From Botryllus schlosseri (Eukaryota): a DNA stretch of 64,000 nt. The notes beneath the pieces were generated by a model. That model was not told where the DNA came from and made no database searches. It saw only the letters and a program-made list of their open reading frames with translations. The stretch covers positions 8,308,001-8,372,000 of the forward strand of contig CM119378.1 in the NCBI GenBank assembly GCA_051294905.1. Reading direction: 5' to 3'. Positions 46,409-58,317 of the stretch are shown piece by piece (the stretch's first letter is position 1; each line of letters opens with the position of its first letter). A program made the position numbers and the translations under genes.

Positions 46409-47629
46409 ATGATCGCAATTTCAGACGGGTATATGCGGAATAATCCTGACCGATCCCTGACCATATATGTAATGAAAGTTCTCATCGTATGCCCGTCGTC
46501 ACGGCCCGCGACCGGAAATGTGAGCACCGTTCAACGTATAAAATGCCATCTAGATTCAGCAGGCATACCGTGTTTATTGCAAGACATGGAAACGTTAGCA
46601 AGAATGAGCGACGGATGCATTCGAAAGATGATCCATAAGTTTGTTGTTGAAAAAGAGATTACTGGAATTTTGCTACTTCACGCATTTAAATGTGCTAATT
46701 TAGTTTTATGCAGTTGTATTGGTGACAAATGCCACAAACTCCTTGTGCCATATGGTTTCATATTTGGGGGTACCGATATAAATGTTGATATGGAGGATGA
46801 AAGGAAACGATCTATTATGAAGAATGCTTTGATTTCCGCCATGTTCGCTGTTGCTTTTACTGAAAGCATGGTACAGTCTGCAAGAACTATGACACCGTTT
46901 CTTGAGTTATTCGTACAACCCCAAGCTGTTAGTATACCAAAATGCAGTTTAATTGACATTCCCCGTAAGAAATCAAACCAGTGTGTGTGCCATTCTCCAC
47001 AGTTGTTCCTTATGGTTGCAGGCATGCGTCCTGTCAAAGATCCTACCTTCCTCCTGGAAAGTTGGATGGAATTCTGTTCAAATCACAAGGAATTGTGCTT
47101 GAAACTTTTGATTATAGGACCTGTCTTGGACAAGGTATACATGGCTAGATTCCATGGTCAGATCTCATATTTAAAAGTTCAGTATGGCTTTGACACACTA
47201 GTATTGGAAAAGAATTTGGACTATGACAGCATATGCATGTGGATGCATGACAAAAATTCATTTCCAATACTACACACAACGCCAATACCCAATGAAGCTT
47301 ATAAGTTACTACTTTCTACCCAAGTTTTTGCTTCAGTCAATTCCTCAAAAAGCGAGGGTATGTCATCTGCTATACTTGAGTCCATGGCTGTATGTGTCCC
47401 TGTAATTGCGAGGGCAATACCTGGCAACTGCGCCGTGATTACAGAATCACAGACTGGGCTCTTGTACGATACTCCCGTTAAATTCATTGAACAAGTCCAA
47501 CGTATCTTATACGAGCCACGTCTTAGAGATCGCATCATAAGAAATGCTTTCAAGTATGTATCTACCCATCACTCTCTGCAAAGAGAAAAGCAGTTTTATA
47601 TCGGAACTTGCATGCAGTATTTCCGTTGA
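46409..47629 (+). CDS. GLT1D1: Glycosyltransferase 1 domain-containing protein 1 (GT-B fold, Glycos_transf_1), single coding exon; start may be the ATG at 46472 (MKVLIV)
   Basis: 406-aa ORF with motifs TGNVSTVQRI, PYGFIFGGTDIN, FAVAFTESM, GMRPVKDP, VNSSKSEGMSSAILESM, ARAIPGN, TGLLY, matching vertebrate GLT1D1 as I recall it. Confidence 0.92.
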   Translation: MIAISDGYMRNNPDRSLTIYVMKVLIVCPSSRPATGNVSTVQRIKCHLDSAGIPCLLQDMETLARMSDGCIRKMIHKFVVEKEITGILLLHAFKCANLVLCSCIGDKCHKLLVPYGFIFGGTDINVDMEDERKRSIMKNALISAMFAVAFTESMVQSARTMTPFLELFVQPQAVSIPKCSLIDIPRKKSNQCVCHSPQLFLMVAGMRPVKDPTFLLESWMEFCSNHKELCLKLLIIGPVLDKVYMARFHGQISYLKVQYGFDTLVLEKNLDYDSICMWMHDKNSFPILHTTPIPNEAYKLLLSTQVFASVNSSKSEGMSSAILESMAVCVPVIARAIPGNCAVITESQTGLLYDTPVKFIEQVQRILYEPRLRDRIIRNAFKYVSTHHSLQREKQFYIGTCMQYFR

Positions 47630-48438
47630 ATTTCCACTGTATTTTTTCAGCACATTGCATCAGTTCAACAACTCTTACCTGACGTTGCCTTTTCAACAAG
47701 TTCAATTTTGCGCTAAATCGGCCAGTCGGCTCAAATATTATAACTGTTCTGTTACACTAATCCCATCTTCAAAGATAATGTTGCCAACTTTCTGTCCACA
47801 AGCCCTATAGTTGCATTTTGAGACCTTTGAAGTGAACACAGTTGAATGAACCGTTGGTGTGATATGCAACTTCAAAATTTTCCTATCATAACTTGCTCGA
47901 GTCAACTGCACAGTATTACACCGTTCCGAACTAAAAAATCTTGAATCTTGTTACAAGTATCGGATTTATGTAGTTTCTATATATTGTTGATGGCAGTAAC
48001 TACCTGTTTACTGTCATACTGAAACTTATCTTTCCCATATTTTTAATTTATATTCTCTGCAGTATTTGCGTGATGTCTCATTGATTCCAGATCAAGTTTG
48101 CTTTGCGCAGGGACCTGGTAGTTTAACATCACATTTGCTGAAAGCGTGCCTATTATTATAACAGCAGTATTTTCATGTTTCAATGATTCCCGATCATGTT
48201 CGTTTTGCACAGTGGCCTGGTAGTTGAACTAACATTTTCTGAAGCCTGCCTATTTATTTTCAACTTTCCCTCTATAATTTGACTGTAGCATATAAGCTTG
48301 CGTGTGTACAACTGAAAATAAAGCTTGGACTTTTTAGAAGGAAAACCGCTGTGGTACAGTATGTTTCAGCACAATAACCGCTGACGTAGTGAGTAAATGA
48401 TGGTTTATTGCAACTTTACATGACTTGAGAAATCGTAA

Positions 48439-48552
48439 CACCGCAAACAAGTGAATAAAACAAATGATCAATTGATCAGTCGCCGTCGATTGAAAGCTCC
48501 ACCGCAAACAAGTGAATAAAACAAATGATCAATCGCCGTCGATTGAAAGCTC
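48439..48552. repeat. Tandem duplication of a ~55-61-bp unit containing AATAAA, between the convergent GLT1D1 and Emi-like 3' ends
   Basis: caccgcaaacaagtgaataaaacaaatgatcaat...cgccgtcgattgaaagctc occurs twice. Confidence 0.9.
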
Positions 48553-48619
48553 CAGTCAGTCGGGATTGCTGTTCACAGTGATGCCTGAGTGAGTGGGCAC
48601 AGTATACTTAGACTAAGCG

Positions 48620-51600
48620 TTACATCAGTAATCGCTTTTTTAACCGCTCCCTGCTCTTCTTCGTGCCAATCTTTGGAGCTTTGACCTTGTCATCTGGGGG
48701 CGGGGAATCTTTCGTAGGCGAACATGGCTTAGGATGATGATACGCCGATTTGCAACCAGTACAAAATTCGAATCGACACTTGTACCGGTAGCAAAGGCCT
48801 TTGTTGGTACCATCCCCGTATATCTGTAATTGCAAAAGCAATAGCGCTATAAGTCAACATCTCTGCCATTGCCGTATTATTTGTAGGGTGGCTGGGCATA
48901 TCTTTCGGCAAACCACATGCTTCAAAGCATGAATCTAACTCGGGTAAGTTGAGATACTTCAGTGTAAGTCACATTTAACCTGCTGTATCAAGCTTCACAG
49001 ACTTTTAAAATAAAATTTGACGAAATTTAACAGTGCATATTAGCGATAGTTGACAGTACGCTACACCAGAATCTAGCAAACATAACAGTCAAAATCAAGT
49101 CCGTGGTTTAAGATGGACTTTGCCTTGCAGAGACTTGAATAGTCACACATAACAGGCATAATATTGAAGAGATGACAGTAAATTTCGACTAAAGTATGCA
49201 ACAAAAACAACCAAAAAAATGAAATTTACTGTTATCTCTTCAATATTATGCCTGTAATATGTGACTATTTAAGAGATAACAGTATATTTCAAATTACATT
49301 CAAGCTCTAATTTTGTTTTCAGTTGCATACTTCAGTCGTAATTACATTATGGGTTGATTTTTATTTTTGAAGTTCCCCGGTCCGCAAGCAGCAAAGTTTG
49401 AGAACCGATGATAATATGATAAACATCATTTCAAACATTTAAATCATTGACGATTGAGAAAGACCAACTAACCTTCGCCGTCCAACCGCATTTGGGACAG
49501 GGTCTCAAACTCTCCCCGAATTGCAACGTCCTTTTAACGCCTTGATTGTGCTGAAATTTGTCGTTCGCCGGAACAAAGCAGTTTTTCCCACTTGGTGTTT
49601 TCGGCATGCAGTTCTGCGATTTTGTAGGCGTCCTCTTTGCTAAGAAACAAGTGAATGTCAAAATATATTTCGACATGAGCATTGCAGCGCCACAGCAACT
49701 GCTTGATAAAGGGTAGTGGCTTGAAAGAGTAGTAGAGATGACGAAGTACTCTAGTCTCAATAAATTATGCTTCCCAGTTTACCATTTGTTGATGACCTGT
49801 ACCCAGTACTTATTTTCAAAATTGTAGAGATTGTAATAGGGATGGGGATGCATCCGGCATAATGTGTCACGATTTATTACAGCACATTGATTGATGTCCC
49901 ATTCAAAATGATGCAAGAGGTAAAATCCATTGATCAAATTATAAATGTCTTAGAGTACCGTCGAATTGGAGTTAGTCTAAAAATGTATCAACCCTAATTT
50001 GTTCGACCGCAGTGATCTAGTCCATGCAACTAGTTGGGTTTGCTCGAGTTCAATCGAAGCCTTGGCTATGGATATTTACATAAATTAACCCTTATGCTAA
50101 TCTGCCATGAATATTTCAATCTCAAACACGCGGCCCGTGAGACCATTTTGTGCGGCCCGCGATGGCATTTTAGATTTCGAATATTCGACAATATTGAACT
50201 GCCAATTATCCTTTTTTGAATTTGAGAACTGGAAATTCGCTCTAAAACTATTCCAGAAGCCTGAAATTACTCCTCAAACTTCACTATTACATCACTTTCA
50301 AAAGTTACCACACAGTGGAGAATCAGCTATTACGTCACGTTACTTGTTTATGATGGTAAAACATGACCCGTTGATGATTAGTGACTGAAAATTGTGATTT
50401 GGACTTGGGCGCGACCTTTTGTAGAATTACTAGAACTCGGACTCAATGTGTGATGAAATAAGAACGACTCTAGTTGAGTCGAGTCAAACGTTACAATCAG
50501 AGAAAGACTTATTGTGACTCGGAACGCCGTGACTTGGTACAGCCTCGGACGCAACAAAAGATCAAAATGGTATGGGGAATGGTAATATATTCAAAGGTAT
50601 TAACTTGTGTTGCGTAGCTTATTTAGATATCTAAGCAGGTCGGATGGCAACCATTGAAATTGTGTTGCCCCTTGATGTATAGTTAGTTAAATCCTGTGTC
50701 ATCTTGGCCCTTGGATATCTTTTTCTTTGTTCTCATCGCCAATTAAATGTGGCGAGTTCAAAGTAGTTGTAGCATCCGCTTCACAGCTGTAACACCAATG
50801 GATTTTTCGGCGATTGGACATTTCTATTGCTATGGCACAGTTATCATTATTTTCAAGTTGTTATAGATCTGTTGCAATATTCGAAGATAAATCTAACGCT
50901 GATTTAATTTGACTTTGGTAAGGACATGATCAATAGCCTAGTTATCAGGAGTATGCCCGAATTAGGTTGTAGGCCTACTGCTCCAATGATCTGATGTCAG
51001 ATCAATCATTTTAAATTTCTAAAATATTCTACCTATAGTTGTTACACGTCAAATGTCCGCTAGCTGCAAAATTTTGAAGCGACAGCTTTTACGATGTCCT
51101 GATGCATTTGTACTCTCGCATGGTGTCTACAACTAAATATACAACTATAGTTTGAATAAAATTGTTGCAACAATTTTATTAGAATATTTCTAAGTGTGAT
51201 ATTTTTCGTGCCAGGCGTGAGTTCACAATAATTAATCACATTTCCCGATGCGTGTGGAATGTCGGTCTGCAAGATCCCGCCAAATAAGGCCTACATGGAA
51301 ATACATTGAATCCCCCATTAGTGTTGCGGCCCCATCAAAAAGTAGGAAATTGGCCCGCGAGCACATTTGAGTTTGAGACCTCTGATCTAGGATGAACAGG
51401 AATTAGTGAACAGATTTGTTCCTAGTCACAGTCAGTTCAACCACCAAAGAAAGCTCATTTTCAGATACTACTAGCTACAATAGTATTTACTATTTACCCC
51501 GTGCTTGCAGACCTCCAAGGGCACACCTTCCATTCGACAGATCCCGATGTGGTCCAAATTTTGCTGGCGACTTCAGCAGCGCCTTTTTAATGGCGTACGA

Positions 51601-54471
51601 CGCCGTCACGTTTTCTGAACCACGAAGACGTTCGTCGTCCCGATATCGCTGCTTCAAAGATTTGATCTTTCCCCGCAGATATCTGTTACGCTTGCACACT
51701 TGGGCCCAAGACACGGACACGTGACTACACCGTAATATATCCTTCGGACGGATCGTACTGAATATCTTGGTGATCACATGAGTCAAGTCTTTATGGGCGA
51801 GATGCGTAATGATGTCAAAGTGGTGTTGACCAGCTTGGCAAGTATGTTTGGAGTTCACCACCGTACACCTAGATTTAGACTGGGCTTTCACTCCTTGTCT
51901 AGGCGGTGCAAAGGTGGGTTTTGCAAATTGAAAGCTATCAGTCGACAAGGCGAGAGAAGAGCCTTGCGAAAACTGGATAGTGTTGGCGAATATAGGAGTA
52001 GGCGGCGTGTCCAGGATGTCATCATATTCATAATCCCTGGAAGACAAAATCATTTTCTTGCCTCAAATTACACGAGTAAAAACAAATGATACTCACCTAT
52101 CAAGAAAGAAGGAATTGCCGGGAGCGCAATTGTCAAAACTGAGCGTTTGTTTTTCCAAATCATTTTGACATTGCAGCGAGTCAAAAGCAAGTCTTTTCAT
52201 GGGGCTCTCCACGGATGTGGTACAATCACCAGCTTTTCGTTTCATCGGAGAGGTAAAAACAGAGTAAGAATCTTGGGATAGCACGCTTGTCGCCAGCGAA
52301 TCAAAGCCACTGTCTTGTAACGATGCCCCTAGATTTCGAGGACGGCTTATCGAGTCATTGTTCCCGTTATTTCCATCATGATTCAGTTTCTTTTCGAAGT
52401 TTCTCTTTTCTTTTTTCGAAGGAAATAGCACGGCTTTGAGGTCATCAACAGCGATATTCTGCAAATAATTATATGGGTAATGAAACGCTCGGAAATTGCG
52501 GGATTATTGTATATACTTTTTCCAAATATGACTGCGTTTTCGAAGAATGCTGATGCGAGTGAACGCACGGGGAGAGTCCTTGTAAATCTCCCTTCATGAT
52601 GTCATTGGATGCGGGGGTGTCATTGACTTCTGTGGTATTCGGGGTGCTAGTCAATCTGCCCCTGACATCGGTCTTCGGAACACGGAGATACTGTTTCCCA
52701 TTCCACACTGGATTTCTCAAATTTTCACGAGGCGGCACGTTTGTGTCGAAAAGGTCCAGGTCATCAAAATTGAAAACAGTCCTCTGTCGAGAACAAGCCG
52801 GTGACTCTGTTGGCGCATGTTTAGGACTCTGTGACCTGAAAATACGAAAATATAGTCTTGTAATCAGCGAATGTCAATACCAATGATATTTTACCTTGCA
52901 TGATCAATAATATCAATATTCTGGGTTTCTTCTGAAGTCATGTTCGATAAAAGTTTTGATGCTTTCATAAATATTAAATATATAGTATCTAAGGAAAGAA
53001 TCGTTATGTGGAAAGAATCGTTATGTTAAATTGTGCAAGACTAAGACATTCATAGTAAAAACGTAATATTGCTATTTTCTTACAGTGATTAAAGATTGTT
53101 AGAGGGTTTCCTTGAAATTAAACTGCAACTTCTAAGGAGTGAGGCACAGAACTAGTGTGATATGAACAACAGAACAAAATTGTTAATACATCACAGCTAC
53201 ACCTTGTCCATTTCTATATTGTCCATACAGACACGACTTGGTGGAAACCAGTCGTTGATATATTCTTGAGTAGGTTAGTTTATGAAATTACCATGCAATG
53301 GAACTGTGAGCCAAAAAAAGTAGATAACCCAGTTTAATCAGAATTGGAGCGAATTACGTGATTATAACAGAAAGCGAAGCGTAGAATAGGCCAATCCAAA
53401 ACCAGGCTGCAACAAGGGGCCGGAAAATCTTTCAGTCAGCAATAGCCTGATTCACTCGTATTTCGTGGCTGTGGAATCAGAGTACCCTCTGTCCATTTTT
53501 CAAACTTCTAGAAATTAACGTTTTTGTACAATTTTAATTTTCTTTCGGCCATGGTTATCTTTGTCAATTGTCATCTTGTTTTAAACATAAATATAGCCAA
53601 GATATAACCAAAAGAAAATGAAATTTTACAAAAAATTGATTTTCTTCAACTATATGATGAATGGGCAATGGGCATAAGCTACGGTATGCTAATTCCACTG
53701 CAATGACTCTTGAATTCGAAGACACAGGAATAAAAGGCCATACAATAATAATTACAATTGGATAGATAGGAGGCAATATATCTCGAACTGCAATTCAATA
53801 TAATAATATTCTTGGTACAGATTCATAGAGGAAGATATAATAAGGAGCTTATGGACGAGATCAATCAGGCATACCCTATTGCTTTTGATTAGAAGCTCAT
53901 GCATGAACTATTTCAAGTACACGAGTAGCCAATTATATGGGGCTCTTCCTGCACCCTAGGTCGATTAGTTTTTCATTGTTTACTGGAGACGACTTCATTG
54001 GACCAAATTCAAAGATTGACTGATTCGAAAATATAAATTAAAATCTGGTTAGGGCACTGCAACCCCTCTATAATCGCTTCCACTGACACCACTATAAATT
54101 AATTTTTGCTCTGGTCGACGCCATCATAAGATTATCAATTATATTTTACTTGCGGCCATGAGAAAGCTTATGTTGAATAAACGCGCGACACGTCTCATTT
54201 CATCTCCTTACTGATATTCGCTGGGCGCTTGTTATAAGATTGCACGATGCAGAAATGCACACCCCTGATTACGCTTACTTATCGTTCCATGCTATTGTTA
54301 AATGGCTGCATTGGTGACTGGAAAAACTCTGCTTCGCTAGTAATACAACGACAAGCCTGGACACGAAGATCTTAGTTCGCGACCGTAGTCGCTCGGCAAA
54401 GCCGCGTCAGTAAACATACGTTACGCGCATTTATTTAAATGCTTTTGTCTTCGCGATATGTTACTACGCAT
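48620..54471 (-). CDS. FBXO5/FBXO43: Emi1/Emi2-like APC/C inhibitor (F-box + zinc-binding region), ~545 aa. Exons: 54425-54471, 52517-52835, 52097-52458, 51498-52036, 49473-49639, 48620-48823
   Basis: Phases are consistent (1638 nt). DSGFDS (DSGxxS beta-TrCP degron); F-box HFDIITHL...ILRCSHVSVSWAQVC; D-box-like RCAL; IBR-type ZBR CPKC...C-x4-C-x4-C-x2-C-x4-H-x4-C; basic tail KIGTKKSRERLKKRLLM. Exon 1 is the least certain. Confidence 0.88.
50117..51384. mobile_element. Degenerate hAT MITE(s) in Emi-like intron 4, including a GACTCG-repeat MITE fragment (approx. 50390-50546)
   Basis: Right end GTTTGAGACCTCTG|ATCTAGGA, decayed left end TCTCAAAC..GCGGCCCG; the GACTCG-rich segment resembles 60820-61240. 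Confidence 0.5.
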
Positions 54472-54496
54472 CGAAGCGTCGCGTCCACTGCGTTGT

Positions 54497-54532
54497 TTTG
54501 AAATTGCCACGCTAACGCTTTCCCGTGATTGG
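54497..54532 (-). promoter_or_regulatory. Putative cell-cycle promoter of the Emi-like gene: CCAAT box, E2F-like site and CHR-like motif
   Basis: Minus strand reads CCAAT(54528-54532)-CGGGAAA(54519-54525)-TTCAAA(54497-54502), 26-61 nt upstream of the proposed ATG. The motifs are short, so support is contextual. Confidence 0.4.
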
Positions 54533-54863
54533 ATGATAAACGCTTCTCGGAACTGGCCGATCGTTACGCTTGACAAATTGTCGGAGGGAAAAGTAACAGT
54601 TCGGTAAAATGTTGAATTATGTACTTTGCTGTAGATCTGTAATTCGATCCATAATCCATAATCGTAAGAATATATTTTCAACTGCCCAAGACACTCACAG
54701 AATGTACAATGCGATAGACAAGACAAAATGTGATGTACAGTAATGAACAGATGAGGATGCCGAAACTACCAGTTGCGGTCCCTTGATGTGGCATTCAACT
54801 CGGCCTCGTGCCCGCTGTTACAGCCTTTTCTATGTTAATCTTAAATAGTCGGGCCTTTTAGTC

Positions 54864-55140
54864 TAGGGTTACCATACGTCCTCTTTTAAGAGGATTTGTC
54901 CTGTTTTTTGACTTTTTTGAAAGTGTCCTCGGAGTACGCCCTTTTGTCCTCTTTTTTGAAATTTTGTCCTCTTTTTTGAAAATTTAGGTCACATTTAGAG
55001 CAAAATGCGAGTGATATGCCGTAAATTAGCACAGCAGTGACGCTCAAACGGTATTTTGAGCTCTGAGCGAAAAGATGACCTTTTTCTCAAATTTCTGAAA
55101 AAGTGTCCTCTTTTTAGATTTCCAAAATATGGTAAGCCTA
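54864..55140. mobile_element. hAT MITE (TIR TAGGGTTACCATA / TATGGTAAGCCTA)
   Basis: Exact 8-bp TSD TTTTAGTC; internal TGTCCTC repeats. Confidence 0.92.
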
Positions 55141-55609
55141 TTTTAGTCGTTCTTTCTTGCTTCTTGTCTTTATTCCATTCTTCATCGGGTCTTTTTCTGT
55201 TTTTTTTTGTCGCCGTTAACAGCGACGCGGGGGTGAGGAGCCCAGAATAACATCTGACGGCGGGATTTAAAGGGATTTGAAGCCGATGCTTTGAACTAGG
55301 TTTGAACTAGGTGAACTAGGTGGTACGAGGTAGCAGGTAGTATCGTAGTCTTGTGGTGTTTTGAACTGTTAAAAATATTGATAAAACGATGAACGAACAA
55401 TTTCATTGGAGAAAAATCTAAACATCTCTTGTTTCAGTAAATCGAATGTGACGTTCAAAAATCTTGACCTATGATCTAAAATTTTACATTTCCGTCGCTG
55501 CGATCGTTTCAATTTGACCGAGAGGGTGCTCGTTAGGGATGGACAGTTGGACATGGACACAACCATTTGTGAGAATAAGTATTTTCGAGGACCTAAATTT
55601 CACATTTCT

Positions 55610-55985
55610 TGTCACTGAAAGTTATTTCGGTTCGGATTATTAGCAATTTTTATCAGTTCAATACACCACAAAATTGCGATACAATGAAAAGATAGGAAGG
55701 TGTCGAAACGAATTGGAGTATTCTTTGGAATCAGACACCCACCTTGGCCTGAGCGATGTAAATATGAGGCATGCACATTGCACACTGAATGAAAAGTAAA
55801 AGAAGATAGTATAGAAAAAAGCAAGCGATGAAAAATAGAGTGGCATATGTCACCTAATGTCATGGAAGGCGAGATCGATAGGTCAGGTCGTGGTCCGGTA
55901 ATCTTGAGGATGGACTAGTATTTATTTAGTAGAAATTGCTTAATGCTTATATATTTCGACTTGAATGTGGACACTGGACATGCTT
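55610..55985 (-). mobile_element. CR1/L2-group LINE 3' UTR fragment, third copy
   Basis: Reverse complement matches 43490-43700 (ttcattcagtgtgca...tttacatcgc..aggccaaggtgggtgtc.gattcc). Confidence 0.75.
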
Positions 55986-56761
55986 TATCAATAATAATTT
56001 GCATTTCGATATAGTTTCTTCCCATATGTGAGAGCCTCATTTTTCTTGCAGTAAACGATCCCTCTGGTGCGTTTTCGTGACTCGTGGGAGACCAAAGTCA
56101 TAGTCACCGGAGGGTGATCACGATCCGGTCCAGGAGTCGGAGCATAATAAGGATTTTGTCGATTTTAACCTAGCCTGACCGGATCCTGATTTTGGGTCTG
56201 CTTGAAAGACGGATTTAAAAATGATTCTACCACTGAATATATAACAAACTGATTATGATTTTTAGCCAGATTGTTTTGGACTCTGAATTTTAGATCGCAA
56301 ATCGGAGCCGGACGGATTCGAAATCTCGAATTTGAAAAATGCACGAACATTTTAATACTGATTACACACGATATAAGCGGATGATAAATCGACTGGACAG
56401 CTTAATCTTAGGCGTATATATGACGTTGTGGCTGAAGTCGTGGAAATCACTGATATTTCATGTCACGATATTACAGTTCGAAATTAGATGCCTTGCCTAC
56501 ATCCCAATCCAGTTACGAGTCACAAAAACAGAGTCATGTCTTTTCTATCAAACCATTCCCTGCTTGAGCCTGACGGCGGAGCAGGAACATTGATTACATA
56601 ATAGTAATATTTGTAGACATTTGTATTTTCACCTGCACAATGCAGACTACAATGCAATACGCAAGATGATGAACGAACATGCATGGGGATTGGGGATGCC
56701 GCAACGACCAGGCACGCGCGGTCTCTCAATCTGGCATCCACCTTGGCCTAGAGCCTGACAC

Positions 56762-58063
56762 CAGGGCCGTAACAGCACTTTGTCAGCCCCCCCCCAAAAA
56801 AAAAACGTTGGCCTTAGGCCCTCCATATGGTGATAAGCCGAACTTATCTGCTTCATTGGGTGTCCGTTTAGTGAGTCGGCTTTTCTCGCCTAAACACGCG
56901 AAGCAATAGAAATTTCTCTAATTCATGACTGAATCGGTCAATATGATCGGGAATTGCGTATATATTGCTATCAATTTTTATCCTCTCTCTCTGCTCACGT
57001 AATCTGATTTACCGGTAGAGCTGAGGGAGGTGTGTTCGAGAAGGTAGGACCGCTCAATAATAATTCCGGGTGTATACCCGTTGGCAGGAACGAAACAGCA
57101 CTTCGTCAGCCCCCCCCCCCCCCCACAAAAAAATGAGTCTTGGGCTCCCATAGGGTGATAAACTGCCTCCTCCCCCCATTACATTGTTCGCTTTTGCCAC
57201 GAAATACCAGTCGTACTGTTTAGTGAGCCAGCGCGAAGCGCGAAAATTTTCGATAATTCATGATAAAAATCGGTCAATAAGATCGGGAATTGCATATATA
57301 TTGCTATCAATTTCTTGTGCTCTCTGCTCACGTAATCAGATTTACCGGTAGAGCTGAGTGAGGTGTCTTTGAAACTGCAGAGCCCGTAATAATAATTGAA
57401 CATCTTCGGGCGGGCGGACCCGTTGGTATGACTTCGTTACATGATGTTATTTCGTGACCTTCTGTCTGCTATATTAAAAAATATAGAATCGCCAATACGT
57501 ACTAAACTGAAAGATCACACGATTTCGGATTGGTATTTCTTCACTGGCGTAGTATTTTTTTCTGCGGGATGGTAGCCTATTATTTGTCTTGTGAGGTTCA
57601 GATTGCCAAGACAGGAACATTCGGCTCCAGTCATTAGGGCGCCTATATGGACAATTAAACCTATATGTATTTTGTATATATAACGAAGTTTTCGGTCAGC
57701 ATAGGGCAGTCCTTGTCGGCCAAGGTTTTCTCGCTGCCGATCGTTCTGGCACACTTCTTGGAGTCGCATGTTACATGGCCTAAAACTTTATGTCTTGGTG
57801 CGTCGTGGCGCGGTAATGGCCAACGCCGATATGCCTATTTCTATAAATCTAGCCTATTTTTTCTTGGGGGGAAGAGTGGGCTACCCAATAATTAACATAT
57901 TATAGGCGACTTGAAATAGCGCCGAGCGCGAAAATTTTTTGAAAAAGTTGCATACATTAAAAAAACCTCTATAATTTCTGATAATCCACGAAATAATTCT
58001 TGGCCCCCTTCGAGCTCGCCCCCCCCTAATTGGGGGGTTTGGGGTGCGGCAGTTACGGCCCTG
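56762..58063. mobile_element. hAT-like element of the CAGGGCCGTAAC family, complete
   Basis: TIR CAGGGCCGTAAC / GTTACGGCCCTG; exact TSD CCTGACAC; collinear with 44166-45494. Confidence 0.92.
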
Positions 58064-58275
58064 CCTGACACTAACAGCTTTCGATTTGATCCACCTTGCA
58101 ATCATACCCTATCGACCGACACATTGTATGTCCATCGCTGGGTTTTCTGTCGAAATAAAAACGAGCGACACTGGGGTGCAGGAGCCTAGATAAACCAACG
58201 ACGCTTCGGCTAACGTCGACAATCGAAACACGTTTGCCAACGGAGATGGCGCTAGATACCGCCACTGCGCCAACT

Positions 58276-58317
58276 CCATAGCAATTTGCAACGTAGCTAC
58301 GTTGTAAATTGCTATGG
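58276..58317. repeat. Second copy of the micro-palindrome (42 bp, one mismatch)
   Basis: CCATAGCAATTTGCAACGTAG|CTACGTTGTAAATTGCTATGG. Confidence 0.9.

Noticed and set aside
46678-47553. Antisense and alternative-frame ORFs within GLT1D1
   Set aside because: Shadow ORFs of a real coding sequence.
48824-48980. Additional Emi-like exon from the CAG acceptor at approx. 48980
   Set aside because: It contains an early in-frame stop; direct splicing 49473 to 48823 gives a complete ZBR.
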